64,000 nt of DNA from Cetorhinus maximus (Eukaryota), in NCBI RefSeq assembly GCF_964194155.1, contig NC_135879.1:31124001-31188000 (forward strand), in the 5' to 3' direction. This document shows, piece after piece, positions 25,165-39,659 of the stretch. A model generated the notes under the pieces. That model had not been told where the DNA came from and did no database searches. It saw only the letters and a list, made by a program, of their open reading frames with translations. The translations under genes and the position numbers were made by a program. The number at the start of each line of letters is the position of its first letter. The stretch's first letter is position 1.

Positions 25165-27800
25165 GGTGAAGGACCTATGTGACACTTAGAAAGGGCAGGA
25201 AGATAGGAAAAGGTGGAGGGGTGGCTTTGTTAATTAATGATGGTATTAGCAGATTAGAGAGAGACTACCTTTGTTCAATAAACCAGGATGTGGAAGTGGT
25301 TTGGGTTGAGATGAGGAATGATAAAGGCAAGAAGTCACTTGTGGAAGTGGTGTACAGGCCCCCTAATTGTAACTACACTGTAGGGCAGAGTATAAAAGAA
25401 GAGATAGTGGGAGCTTGCCAGAAAGGTACAGCAATAACATGGGGGATTTTGATTTAAATATAGACTGGAAAAGTCAGATGGGCAAAAGGTTGCATAAATG
25501 TTCATCGAATGTTTTCAGGATAGTTTCTTAGAACAGCACGTTCTGGAACCAACCTGAGAGCAGGCTGTACTAGACCTGGTATTGAGCAACGGGAATTGAT
25601 AGCCTCCTAGTGAAGGCACCCCTAGGTGGCAACGATCATAATATGATTGAATTTTACATTCATTTTGAGGGGGAAACGAGTGCATACAAGGCTAGTATTT
25701 TAAACTTAAATAAGGGCAATTATGAGGGCTTGAACTGGCAAATGAGATTATGGGATAGGTCAATAGAAGTTCAGTGGCAGACATTTAAAGGGATATTTCA
25801 GAATATGTACATTCCAATGAGAAAGTAAAATTCCAAGGGGAGGGCCTACCATCCGTGGTTAACTAAAAAAAAGTTAAAGACAGGATAACACTTAAAGAAA
25901 AAGCCAAAGACGGGTGGCAGGTCAGAAGATTGAAAAGGATGTAAAGAACAGCAAAGAATGACAAAAAGATTAATAGGGAAGGAAAAATCAGAGTATGAGA
26001 GAAAGCTAGCTAGTAATATAAAGACAGATAGTAAGAGTTTCTATTGATATTTAAATATGAGTTAACAAAGTGAATGTTGATGCTATAGGAAGTGCGTCTG
26101 GAGAATTAATAATGGAAAATAGGGAGATGGCAGATGAATTAAACAAGTATTTTGCTTCAGCCTTCGCTATAGAAGACACAAGTAACATCCTAGAAATAGC
26201 TGTAAATCAGGAAATGGAAGAGAGGGAGGAACTCTGGAAAATTACAATCACCAGGAAAGTGGTATTGAGCAAACCATTGGGGCTGCGGGCTGACAAATCC
26301 CTAGGTCCGGATGGACTTCACCCTAAGGTCCTGAAACAAGTGGCTAGTGAGATAGTTGATGCACTGGTTTTAACTTTCCAAAATTCCCTAGATTCGAGGG
26401 AGGTTCCATTAGATTGGAAAACAACAAATATAACTCCTTCATTCAAAAAAGCAGGGAGATAGAAAGCAGGAAACTATAGGCCAGTTAGCCTAACAGCTAT
26501 CATAGGGAAAATGTTAGAAGCTGTTATTAAAGATGTTATAACAGGGCACTTAGAGTCAACATGGTTTTGTAAAAGGGAAATCATGTTAAACCAATTTATT
26601 GGAGTTCTCTGAAGGAGTCACATGTGCTTTGGATAAAGGGAAACTGATGGCTGTACCGTACTTAGATTTCCAGAAGGCATTTGATAAAGTGCCACATCAA
26701 AGGTTATTGTAGAAAATAAAAGCTCATGGTGTAGGGAGCAATATATTGGCATGGATAGAAGATTGGCTAGCTAACAGGAAGCAGAGAGTTGGCACAAATG
26801 GGTCTTTTTCTGGTTGGCAGGATGTGATGAGTGGTGTGCCATAGGGATCAGTGCTGGGCCTCAATTTTTACAATTTATACAAATGACTTGGATGAAGGGA
26901 CTGAAGGAATGGTGGCTAAATTTGCTGATGACATAAAGATAGGTAGGAAAGTAAATTAAGAGGACATAAGGAGACTACAAAGTGACAGACTGATTAAGCG
27001 AGTGGGCAAAGATCTGGCAAATGGAGTATAATGTGGGCAAATATGAAATGGTTCAATTTGGCAGGAAGAATAAAAAGATTATCTAAATGGTGAGAGATTG
27101 CAGAGCTCAGATTCAGAGGGATCTGGGTGTCCTAGTGCACGAATCACAAAAGGTTAGCATGCAGGTACAGCAAGTAATTAGGAAAGCTAATAGAATATCA
27201 TTTTTTGTGAGGGGAATTGATTACAAAAGTAGGGAGGTTAAGCTTCAGTTGTACAGTGCATTGGTGAGGCCATATCTGGAGTATTGTGTACAGTATTGGT
27301 CTCCTTATTTAAAGACGGAGATGTGTTAGCAGTTCAGATAAAGTTTCCTATGCTAATATAGGAATGGACGGGTTACCTTATGAGGAAAGGCGGGACAGGT
27401 TAGGCTCGTGTCCAATGGAATTTAGAAGAGTAAGAGGCGACTTAATTGAGACCTTTAAGATCCTGAGGTGTCTTGACAGGGTGGATGTGGAGGGGAAGTT
27501 TCCTCCTGCGGGAGAATCTAGAACTAGGGGTCACTGTTTAAAAATAAGGTACACTCATTTAAGACAGAGATGAGGAGAAATATTTCTCCGAGGGATTCTC
27601 TGCCTCAAAGGTGGTGGAAGCACCTGTCTTTGAATATTTTTAAGACACAGCTAGATAGATTCTTCATTAACAAGGGGGTGAAAGGTTATCAGGGGTGGGC
27701 AGGAATGTGGGGTTGAGGTTACATTCAGATCAGCCATGATCTTACTGAATGGTGGAGCAGGCTCGAGGGGCCTAATCCTCCTCAGAATTCATATGTTCTT
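25165..27800 (+). mobile_element. CR1 LINE, 2.6 kb, EN + RT remnant
   Basis: GGGVALL, VYRPPN, LGGNDHNMIEF, PGPDGLHP-like, LDFQKAFDKVPH, LVRPYLEYCVQYWSP; same subfamily as 1-1870. Confidence 0.95.
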
Positions 27801-28737
27801 CCCTTTCAATCTTGATGGTGCCCTTAGAGACATTAGCCTGGTTTCTCAACTAAAACATCCAGTAGAAGAAAAATCAAGGATTTTCACTGCCTCTTTCAAA
27901 ATAATCCGACTATCTTCTTACACTTATATATCAAATCATAATTAACTATAACTGCTATTTTTGTGTATTATACTTACAATCATCACTTGCAATGTTGGTT
28001 TCAAAGCTACAGTTTAACTGACATTCTGTGAAACAAACTGGGCAATTCAAAACACAGAAATCCAACTTCCTACATCAAAAATCATCCCCAGTTCCAATAA
28101 TGATTCAAAGTAACCTTCCTGCAGTTTATAAGATAAACTATTTTACTGCTCAATGCCATATTCAATTGCACCTTGCATAAATGCTTGTCAAATTTACTAA
28201 AAGCGAAAATTCACCTCAATCGCAGATAGTTTGATATTATAATAGGGGTGTGATGTCATATTAGATTCAGCCACAAGCAGGCAAGTAGAGGGGGTTTTGT
28301 ATAATGGCAGGGCAGCCTGGTAATACGTTACATTGATGCATGAACATACTGCATCATAAAGTCAGTCTTAGCTGCACAATGCAATTTCCCGAACTGCTAC
28401 TTATGTGTTCAGTTAGGCCACTGGGAGCCAATATCTGAGGGAACTGACATCTTATTATTTACTTTATTTATAGGCACATTCTTTAAGTGCAGCCTTCATA
28501 CAAAATAAGCAATTTGCCAACACACACCTTTTTTGATCGTGGGGTGAGCAAAACTGGAGAACTACCTCAAAAATAAACTATTTTAAAATTATCTTAGGTA
28601 ATCGCTCTGTTACGCGACAGTCTCTTTGTTTGGCAAATATACAAAGCTTTTGCCTGCAGAGGGCAGGCTTGTCAATTCAGTAACAAATCAGTAACAAGGG
28701 CAGCTGTTCAGCACTGGGCAATAAATTACCAGATACA

Positions 28738-29560
28738 GTACATAAGATCATAAGAAATGGGAGTAGGCCATTTGGCCCATCGTGCCTGCTCTGCCATTCA
28801 ATAAGATCATGGCTGATCTTGATTGTGGCCTTAACTTCACTTTCCTGCCTGCCCTCCATAAATCTATAACTCCCTTGTCAATCAAAAATCTGTCTAACTC
28901 ATCCTTGAATATATTCAATGACCCAGCCTCCATTGTTATCTGTGGAAGAGAATTCCAAAGATTAACAGAGAAAAATTTCATTTCACCCCAGGACTTAAAT
29001 GGGAGGCCCCTTGTTTTTAAACTGTACTCCCTAGTTCTAAATTACCCCATGACAGGAAAATCCTCACGGCATCTACCCCATCAAGCCCCCTCAAAACCTG
29101 ATGGAGTATGTCTCAATAAGATCACCTCTTATTCTTCTAAACCCAAACGAGCATAGGTCCAACCTGCGCAACATTTCCTCATAAGACAACACCCTCATCC
29201 CAGGAATCAGCCAACTGAACCTTCTCTGAACTATTTCCAATACAAGGATATCCCACCTTAAGTAAGGACACCAAAACCATACAGAATACACAAGGTGCAG
29301 TTTCACCAATGCCCTGTACAGTTCTAACTTTTATACTCCACCCGCCCCACCACTTGCAATGAAGGCCAACATGCTTTCTGCCTTCCCAATTAGTTGCTGT
29401 ACCTGCAAGCTAACTTGGAGATTCATGTACAAGGACACTCAGAACCCTCTCTGAACTGCAACATTCTACAGCCTCTCTCCATTTAAATAATGTTGCTATT
29501 CTATTCTTCCTGCCTAAGTGGACAAGCTCACATTTTCCCACATTATACTCCATCTGCCAT
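28738..29560 (-). mobile_element. CR1 LINE 3' fragment
   Basis: Minus ORFs VNLWNSLPQ..EAGSLNIFKDELDRFL and VQRRFS.LIPG. Confidence 0.85.
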
Positions 29561-29609
29561 ACATATCAGTCACACTCCATTTCATTGAGCAGGAACCTAA
29601 TTATTTTTA

Positions 29610-29870
29610 ATTAACTCTTAGGAAGTATGCACCGCCGGCAAGGCTGGCTATTACTATCAATCCTTGGTTGTTCTGGGCCATATCTTTGAACCACTACAGT
29701 CTGTGATGCATTCTTTGTAGTGGTTTGACAAGTCAAGTGATTTGCAAGGCCACTTCAAAAGGCAGCTAAGAGTCAATCACATTGGCTTGGGCCTGGCCCA
29801 GTGAGACAGCAGAGCCTTTCTTAAAAAGCACATTAGTGAACCAGCTGGGTGTTTATGACAATCTGACAGA
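29610..29870 (-). mobile_element. SINE 3' fragment (same family as 52681-53530)
   Basis: ggcagctaagagtcaatcacattg and cattagtgaaccagctgggtgtttatgacaatc match that SINE in reverse. Confidence 0.55.
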
Positions 29871-31109
29871 TTCACACATGTGATCTATAGCATGGAGTAT
29901 GAGAGAAAAAAAGTAAGAACCGCTGGACGAAAAAAGATGAAGAAAATCCATTTAGTTCACTGTCTCATATTCTGGTAGTCGCATGACAGAATGAAAATAG
30001 AGTTGTTGAATAATCATGGCAATCTATCTCGATCAACAACCTACACCAGACCCAGAATAAGGCAAGAAAAAACAGTGGTGGAAAGCTTTGGGAACTATAA
30101 GTCCAAAGCTAGCTGCTCTTCCTAAGCATGTTATTTTACCATATGAAATATCCAACATAACAGATGGGGAATGAGACAGATTTTGAAGGAAGCAAGCACC
30201 TTGGCAAGGTGATGGGGTTCAAGAAGAGAATTCACTCATAATGAACACTAGATCAGCGAGGGGTAACTGTGCACTAAATAGTTACACCAGTAGGACGAAG
30301 GGTTGGTGGATCAAACATAGATGATCTTACACCAAAAGTTCAAACTGCTTTGTACTACTTAATGCTAACAAAACAGTACATTGAAGCCTCGTAAAATAGA
30401 ATCTCATGCTTGCTTTAAATTATAACACTGCTGTTTCAGCAGTTCAGACATTGGGGACAGCGCTGTAATATAAAAGCGGCAATTGCACAACTGTCCTGAC
30501 AAACAATAAGCCTCTTCAAAAGACACGTTCGCCATGTTTCTTGAAACAGCAATGTCGACATCTATTTTTCTGGCCAGCAAAAAACTCATCATAACTCGTA
30601 TAAGTATCTCGTTTGCTGGTCTTTAGGGACACCCCTGGTCATCAGGGAAGCTCTGCAGTCAGGAACAAAGTTCACAATTCCTAGCTTTGAATACACAATT
30701 TCAGTTGATTCAATGATTTCTGTATTTTTGCCAGTGCTGCAGAATTCAACCGCAACATGCTGCTGTAATGCAAAGCAGATAATAAAAGAAAAGAAGTCTC
30801 TACATGCTGCAAATTTAAAGATACTCTGAACCAGGGCACACACAAAGAACAGCTGAAGTGTGCACATGATGTTCACAGATAATATAACTTTCAGTAAAAC
30901 ACAGGTTTCAAGATCTTGCCAGGTCAGAAATCAACCAACTTATTTCAGATAGTTCCTGAAATACTGTCTAATATTTACTACACGTATAAAAAATATTGTA
31001 CTTAATAGAATAAATTGTGCCCATGTTTAATGATATTAGGCATCCAGTACAGATTACCTGAACTATTTTGAAGGCAATACATGTACTCAACTGTACTGCC
31101 TGCTAAGTT

Positions 31110-31800
31110 TTCATAGAATAACAGAAAGGAACAGGAGTTCAGGAGTTGGTCATTTAGCCCCAAGCCTGTTCCGCCATTCAATGAGATCATGGCTGATCCA
31201 TGACCTAACTCCAGATATGTGTCTTTGCCAGATACCCTTTAATACCATTGATTGGTTAACAAAATGTGTGCCTGGGCCAACGCTTTCAAAGAGCTACCCA
31301 ATTAGTCCTGTCCCTATTCTTCCTGCACAGCACTCCAAAGCTTTTTCAAGTATATATCCAATTCTTTTTTGAAAGTTACTATTAAATCTGCTTCCACCAC
31401 TACTCTTACAGGCAGTGTATTCTAATACAACTTGCTGTATACAAACAATTCTCATTTCTCCCCAGTTCTTTGCCAATTATTTTAAATTTGTGTCATCTAG
31501 TTATAGGACCTTCCTCCCTGTGAAAACAATTTCTCCATAGTTGCTCCATATTAACCCTTCATTATCTTGAACACCTGTTAGATCTGGCCTTAACCTTCTC
31601 TGCCCTAAGGAGAACAATTCTAGCTTCTCCAGTCTCCCCACAGATCAAAAGTCTCTCTTCCCCCAGTATCAGCTTCCTTGCTTTTATACGCTACGTCTAT
31701 ATTTATAAAGCCCAGGATCCCGCAGGTTTTATTTTAAAAACCAGTCACAACAACTTGCACTGCCACCTCCAAAGATTTTGTATATCCTAACTCCCAAGTC
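31110..31800 (-). mobile_element. CR1 3' fragments
   Basis: Reverse CR1 tail (gcctgttccgccattcaatgagatcatggctgatc) and ORF2 C-terminal remnants. Confidence 0.7.
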
Positions 31801-31889
31801 AGCATCATTATAGCACAGGAGGCCACCATTCAGTCCATGTCTTACAGTCCAAATCTATTATATTAACAGAAATTGCAGATCAGGTAGCA

Positions 31890-32402
31890 TCCCAAAGCCT
31901 GTCCACCATCCACAAGGCACAGCTCAGGAATGTGATGGGATGCTCTCCACTTGTCTAGATGAGTGCAGCTCCAACATCACTCAGGAAGCTTGATATCATC
32001 CAGGACAAAGCAGCCCACTTGATTGTTTATGGATGGGGTGCCATTCACTCCTTCCACCACCTACACACAGTGGAAGCAATGTGTACCATCTACAAGGTGC
32101 ACTGCAGAAACTCACCAAGGCTCTTTCAACAGCACCTTCCTGACCCATGACCACTACCATCTAGAAGGATAAGGGCAGCAGATACATGGGAACACCACCA
32201 CCTGGAAGTTCACCTCCAAGCCACTCACCATCCTGACTTGGAAATATATTGCCGTACCTTCACTGTTGCTGGGTCAAAATCCTGAAACTTCATTCCTAAC
32301 AGCACAGTGGGTGTACCTACACTGCATAAACTGTAGTGGATCAAGGCAACAGCTTATCACCATCTTCTCAAGGGTAGTTAGGGATGGACAATGAATGCCA
32401 GC
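31890..32402 (+). mobile_element. Family-B LINE 3' end
   Basis: MSAAPTSLRKLDIIQDKAAHLI..HSFHH; tail caagggtagttagggatggacaatgaatgcc. Confidence 0.85.
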
Positions 32403-33439
32403 GATAGGAGTAAGAGGGAAGAGAAGGAATTAGGAAATAGGCACTATTTTTGAGCCAACTGCCTAATATCACAAAGGAAATTCCAATTTCCCTCTATCTT
32501 CAGGCTACACATTTAGCACCTTTTATTCCAGCATGCCTGAAATTGATGACTTTCATTGAGGGGTTGACATTTCCTAATTAGGAACCCAGCTCCCTGAAGG
32601 TCAAAACTAGTGATATTTTTCATCCCAGCATTATCAAGTACTCTCACTAGACTTGAAATAAGTACAAAATACCATCATTTTCAAATTAAATTTTCTCTTC
32701 AGTTTTCCATAGGCAAACTTGGAAGATCTAGAAACATTGATTTAAATAGACCAAAAAAAAAATCACATGAACAAAATTATGTACAGGTTCTAAACATCAA
32801 ATTTGGAACACCTTTCCATAGTCTTCCCTTTGGCCCTGGAGTTTGTTATGCAAATGTTATGCTAGTAATAAGCAGAAAGATGCAAATAGTAAAAAGTATC
32901 CTGTCTTAAAGAACTACTTTGCATGCGTGTGCTACACTTAAATTGAGGTCTTTGTGATCACATTAAGTGTTTCAAGGATAGAAGGAACTATCAACAAAAA
33001 CTTTTTAAATGGTCGACATTCACAAAACTTGTAAAGTCAGTATCCATACATTAACGACTAGAATAGCAGCGCACGGTCTATAGCTAGTTTCCCATTTTCA
33101 CGATGCTAAGAAGGTCATAGGTCAAGAGATTTCCCACAGCAGCAAGGGTGTAATTTTTTTTAAACACTTCACAGATAACTCAGGTCTTGATAGCACAGCT
33201 GACAAAAAAAAGTGGATAGTTCAAGAACAAAATTGTATACTAATTAAAAATGTAACCACAGTGCATAGAAACATTTCAAATAAATTTAACATGTTAAGGC
33301 TTAGCTTCAACTGTTACTTGAGGTCAGAAAATGGAGGTCAAAATAATATTTAATTGACAGTAAAAGACATTAGGTCTAGTTTTCAAGCACAGCATTCATA
33401 GGAGAAATGTACCGACACTGATCTCAGATAAAGAGTACT

Positions 33440-34590
33440 TTATTTTTATTCATTCATGTGGTGTGGGCTAGGCCAGCATTTATTGCCCCAGTCCATGTGG
33501 TGTGGGCACACACATAGTGCAGTTCGAGAGAGTGTTCCAGGATTTTGATCAGCATTGAAGGAATGGCAATATATTTCCAAGTCAGGATGGAGTGTGGCTT
33601 GGAGGAGAACTTCCAGGTGGTGGTGTTCCTAAGCATCTGCTGCCATTGTCCTTCTAGATGGTAGCGGTTGTGGGTTAGGAAGGTGCTGTTTAAGGGTCTT
33701 GGTGAGTTCCTGCTGTGCATCTTGTAGATGGTACACACTGCTGCCACTGTGTGTCAGTGGTGGAGGGAGTGAGTGTTTGTGGATGGGGTGCCAATCAGGT
33801 GGGATGCTTTGCCCCAGATGGTGTCAAGTTTCTCGAATTTTGTTGGAGCTGCGCTCATCCAGGCAATGGGAGAGTATTCCATCACACTCCTGACTCGTGC
33901 ACTATAGATGGTGGACAGGCTTTGGGGAGTCAGGAAGTGAGTTACTCGCTGCAGGATTCCTAGCCTCTGACCTGCTCTTGTACCACAGTCTTTATACGGC
34001 TAGTCCACTTTGGTTTCTGTTCAATGGTAACCCCCAGGATGTTGATAGTGGGGAATTCAGTGATAGTAATGCCAATGAATTTCATGGGGCAATGGCTAGG
34101 TTCTCTCTTGTTGGAGATCAACAGGCACTTGTGTGGCACGAATGTTACTTGCCACTTACCAGCCCAAGCCTGGACATTGTCCAGGCCTTACTGCATTTGG
34201 ACATGAACTTCTTCAGGACCCAAGTCATCACGAATGGTGTGGAGCACTGTGCAATCATCAGCGAACATCCCCACTCCTGACCTCATGATAGAAGGAAGGT
34301 CATTGATGAAGCAGCTGAAGATGGTTGGGCTGACAACATTACCCTGAGGAACTCCTGCAGTGATGTCCTGGAATTGAGATGATTGACCTCCTAAAATCAC
34401 AACCAGCTTCCTTTGTACTAGGTATGACTCCAACCAACGGAGAGTCCCCCCCCCCAACCCCGATTCCCATTGACTCCAGTTTTGCTCGGGTGCCTTGGTG
34501 CCACACTCGGTCATATGCTGCCTTGATGTCAAAGGCAGTCATTCTCATCTCACCTCTGGAGTTCAGCTCTTTCATACATGTTTGAACAAT
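33440..34590 (-). mobile_element. Family-B LINE RT/3' fragment
   Basis: DIKAAYDRVWHQG; GVPQGNVVSPTIFSCFINDLPS..GMFADDCT. Confidence 0.9.
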
Positions 34591-37500
34591 GACTGTAAAA
34601 TTAATAGCTAATATCAAAGTAATTTTGTTGTGAAAGAATTCTACATTTCAAAACAGAATGCAGGGATTTCACAATAAAAATCAAACAGTTTGAACTTAAA
34701 TTGTTGCTTCAATAATGCTTACCTCTCCAACCCATAAAGTAAACAAAACAAGTATACAGAGGACCCAAATTACTAAATTAACTCGTGCACACGATTGGCA
34801 ATTAGCTATGCGCAAAATTCTATAGTGCTGCAATCAATTTTACATTTAAGGCGATGCAGTGAAGGGAAAACAAACCAGTACCTAGTTTAAAGCAGTTAGC
34901 AATAGAGGAGACATTGAAGAAATTGAGGCCATTTACTTCAGAATGGGTTTAGGGGAGGTTTTATTGCGAGTCCTTAAGCGATTAAATCAAAGGAACCCCA
35001 TTAGCACAATGGAGACTCCCGCAAACTATGAAATGGGTGGAAGCTTAGAAGACTGAAGTGCACAGGGATTTTAGATTTAATGACTTTACACAAAAGGAGG
35101 AACACACAGCAGGAAAATGCTGAAGGGAGAACTGGACAGAAACAAGCAGAGTCTTTCTATTGGACAATGTAGAATTGAAAGTATGGAATGAAGGATTAAC
35201 TGATGCCTAATTCTAGTTCATTCCACCAGTGGACTACAAAATATTGTTTCCATATCAAAATTCTGCAATGCTACAATGGTTCCCAAGGCACCAGAGTGTT
35301 TTATAGTAGTGTTTCCACAATTAGGGAGTGATTTTCCATTTCAGCTATATTTTCCAAATGCAGAAAGTAAAATTTATTTATCTCCTTAATTTTGGGAAGC
35401 AGTGCAGGGTAAAAATTAGTTACCAAGAGTATCTTCCTAGCCCACTCTATCAGATTGACAAAAAAAGTGAGAGCACATTTAATAAGAGGAAAAGGAATGG
35501 CAGTTCAATGTTAAAATACAACGAAGCAAATCTAAGTAGACCCAAGTGATGAACAAAATTCTCTATTGTAAATTCTCCATGATCATGGCAAACTTTGGAC
35601 CTTACAGCAATTAAACCATGAGTAATTAAAACACTACTGTCCTCAACATTATAAAACTTTCTGCAGTTTTGAGATAGAAAAAAAAATGCACACACAATTG
35701 CAATTTCCCCACAAACACCACATCATAAACAAGTAATGGCAGTGAGATTTACTATGACCCAAATCATCTGGGATTGCATACGTACAAAGGTGGAAATTGG
35801 ACAGGCAATTAGATCAGAATCACAAACCACATCTTGTATGATTTGGGCTGCCCATGAGCCCTGGTAATCTGGTCCATGAAGGTGGTCACACAATTCAGTT
35901 CTATTTGCACTGAAGTTTCTTACTAGCTGATTTGTACTATTTGAATTTATGGGCCTGAAGGTTTAGAAATTATTCTTAGTGTTTTTGGATAAAATCTTAA
36001 ATCAAATCTTAGTATTCACAAATTTAGATACATTGAAATTAATGTTTTATTAAAACTTTATGTGTGGGCCATGAAAAAACTCAAATATTCCTGCCCTGAA
36101 AATAATTGCAGTCTTCCTCGGAATGACTTTTTTTTTTAAAGCAATATTTTACCTTTACTAAAGGAAGCTAAATGTGAATGCCAGTATTTTTGTTTCAACT
36201 GCACTGATTTTTTGCTAAAATTAACGTGAAGGATTTAAGTAAATTTTTCGGTACAGTACAATACTAGCTTTTTACACCTGTTCATGATATTTTTCAGTAT
36301 GCATTTCTGCTTTATATTTTTTGAAAGTTTCCAACTTGAGAAGATGTCTAACACATTTAAAAGTGTACTTGCTATTGTGGTGAATCTGTCTTTCAGAATA
36401 TTTGATCTTGCCCTGTATTTTGTTTAAATTGAGTTATGAACATGCTGGTATGTCACAACTTTTGTTATAAAGCGGGTTAAAAGGAGGGTATAACATAAAT
36501 AGGAAAGATATTGCCATGTGTGCTTTGGTGACTTAACTTTTAGTTTCTGGGGGTAAATGTTATTCTCCGTTTTACATCTCATTTTTCTGCAAAAGAATAC
36601 AGGCAAGATGAAGCACAAGAGGTGAGTCTCCTCACAAGGTACAGACTAGGTGGCTAGAATTCATTAATGAAGCCATGGGGCCTCAACAATGATAAGGGAA
36701 TCTGATCAACTTTTAAAGTTTTTAAGTGGCATTGAAAAATAATTGGTGTTCGCAACACAAATAACTAAACTGAATTTAACGTATTGAAGCTCAGTATAAA
36801 ATGTGCAGCCTCAATTTCACCAGTAACAAGCCATGTCAAATGTCCTTTTCGTTTGAGCTACTGCCTTTTAACTCTTATTAAATAATGCAAATTCCTCTAA
36901 GTGGTAATTATAGATTCTACTTGGTCACATCACACAAAATGGCTTCTGCAAGTACACTCACACTAGAGGACAGCAATAAGTTAGTATTAGGCGGCTGCAA
37001 CAAATCACACAGCAAAATTATCAAATGATACAGGATCAATTATGGTTATTCTAACAAGGTATAGGGTAAAAATACAAGGTACCTGAATGGATGTCAAAAG
37101 GACAATGCCTCATTTAAAGGAATTGGATTGCATAGTATTAAATTCACACAAATTCTTCCAATCCAATGTTGTCTACACTTTCAAATTATAGTGTCATTAA
37201 ACTACATGCACAAAAATTAAGCACAACCTTCCCTAAAATACTTAGGCCTCAGGTCTCTTAATATCTGGGATGACTAAACAAAACCTGAAGTCTGTTCATA
37301 CCACACAATATTAGAAACAACAGGGATCACCTGCTTTCAGGGAACAAAAGGTGCAGCTGCAGCTCTTAGAGCTGGCACAGTTCCAAGACACTAGCTAAGA
37401 AGCCACACTTTTACCTTTTCAAACACTTATTCCTAGGTGATTTTCCAGGAGCACTTAAGGGAGTAGTTGGTGTCAAATTTTGTTTGACAATGCTCCTGTG

Positions 37501-38409
37501 AAGTGCCTTGGATCCCCAAATCAATTTCGTAAGAACCAAAATTATAAGGGATACACTATTCCTTCAATATTCTGCACTAGGTTTTAGTGGTACAATAAAA
37601 TCAATATAGTTGGCTTCGAGTACATATAATAGCAAAGTATCAAAATCCAACTCTCTCTGCAGGAACATAGGAGTCACTTTGGGCTGCCAGAGCAATTCAC
37701 TGATTGACAGGAATTAAATTGATCCACCAGATCAAGATTCCTCAGATACAAACTTGCCTGGAATCAAGCTAATTAAAGCCCTAATAGGATACAACAGTAG
37801 TTAACTTTTTGCCAAGTCAAAATTTCCCGATATATCCAGTCAGCACTGACCATAATATGTTAAAACTTCCACACCAGCTCCACTGCTGGCCAATGTATAA
37901 AGGGAATACCCAGTGCAACATGGAGCTGCACAGAAAGGTCCTAGGTTTGATTTCCTTTTGTTGACATTTAGAACATTTGAGGCCCCTGGACTATATAATG
38001 GGTGGGAAAAAAAAACACAGCTGGGAATTCTTTCCTCAATGCTGCGATTGTTGGGTAAAAGAAGGATCCAACTTAATGCAATACTCTCTGGAGTCAACTG
38101 CCACACGACATCCACTGTTGAAACCTAAAATGAACAAATTCTTGGGCAAAGTACAGAGTTGGCCAGCATGCATGGGCCCACACAAAACCTTTTTTAAAAA
38201 AGGTAGAGAAACAAAATTAAACTGTACTTTAATTATATTGTCACTTTTCTCCCAGAAAAGTGCTTTGATTCTAAATACAAAATGTTGTAATGTAGGTCCC
38301 ATTAATAAGATATTAGAAACAACACCACTTATGTTCTTTATGAACTACATATCAACCAAACTCACAACTGGTATACCATATGTTCATGCCTCCAAATGGT
38401 CACAGGTTG

Positions 38410-39112
38410 AGTTCTTAAAGGTTTGCAACCTTAGTGTCATATTTGATCCCAAAATGAGCTTAATACCACAAATTGCTAAGACTGCCTACTTCCACCTCCA
38501 TAACAGTCACACGTACCTCAGTTCACCTGCTACTGAAACCTTCATGGCATGCCTTTGTGACCGCCAGACTTGATTGCTCTTTCGTACTGTTGGCCAGTCT
38601 CACATTTTAATCCACCAGCACTATAAACTGGAGGTTAACCAAAACTCTACTGCCAGTGTCCCAAGTCACATCAAGTCCCATTCACCCATCAGCCCTATGA
38701 TCAACCTGGAACCTATGCCTCGATTTTAAAATTCTAATCCTTGTTTTCAAATCACTTCATGGCCTCGCCAGTCCCCCACCCCTCATCCCCACGCCCTCCT
38801 AGATCTCCACACTTCTTGAATTTTGGTCTCTCGGTATCTCAGATTTTAATTGCCACACCACTGGTGGCAGTGCCTTCAGCTGCCTAGGCCGTAAGCTCTG
38901 GAGCTCCTTCCTTCAACCTCTCAGCTTCTCTAACCCAATTTCCTCCTCTAAGACACTCCTGAAAACCTAGCTCTTTAACCAAGTTTTTGGTCACCTACCC
39001 CCATATCTCCTTATGTGGCTTAGCTTCATATTCTATGTATTTTATTATGCCTGTGAAGCACCTTTGGGTGTTTTATTAAGCTAAAGAGGCTATATAAACA
39101 CAAGGTGTTGTT
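38410..39112 (+). mobile_element. L2 LINE 3' fragment
   Basis: VCNLSVIFDPKMS..IAKTAYFHLHN; tail ctatataaacacaaggtgttgtt. Confidence 0.8.
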
Positions 39113-39659
39113 AAACTCAATTTGGGAAGGGAAATGTTGAGCGGGGTGGGGTGTCAACAAGGGTGTGAAGGCATAGCAAAGGTTAGCCAATTCCCAATAG
39201 CAAGGGAAAAAGTAAAAGGTTAGGGCAACTCACCCTGGGATGCTCTTGCACACCTCCTAGCAACTGGTTAGAGCAGCTTTGGCAGAGGCCTGGGAGCAGG
39301 TCGCCTGCCCGCCCTCTCGGCAGGGGGGTGGTGCAGGGAGACCTAAAGAGGGGGGAAGAAAAATAAATTTTTAAAATAAAGTGATGGAGAAATTTGATCT
39401 CCAGCCCAATCAAATTTCATCCCACGGCAAAACAAGTTCTTAGCTCCAAATTAATCTTTTAACTTTAAGGGTTTAAATTACATTTGGAACACTGTCATCA
39501 TGAGAAAAGCATCCCCCCCGCCTCCTTTCCACCAATTTTCTCACTTCTCCTTAGAGCATTAATTATCTTCTGGGATATAGTTCTACCAGTGCCAAACATG
39601 ATCTGGTAGCTTGCCAAGCAGCCATTTTTCTTGCGAAAGCCAAGACAGTGGCAGTCTCA

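Noticed and set aside
12405-27800. Intact reverse transcriptase gene or novel RT system
   Set aside because: All RT and endonuclease motifs lie in frameshifted, stop-riddled ordinary LINE copies
37977-38573. 198-aa ORF
   Set aside because: Random-looking N-terminus running into an L2 ORF2 remnant; no splice or homology support
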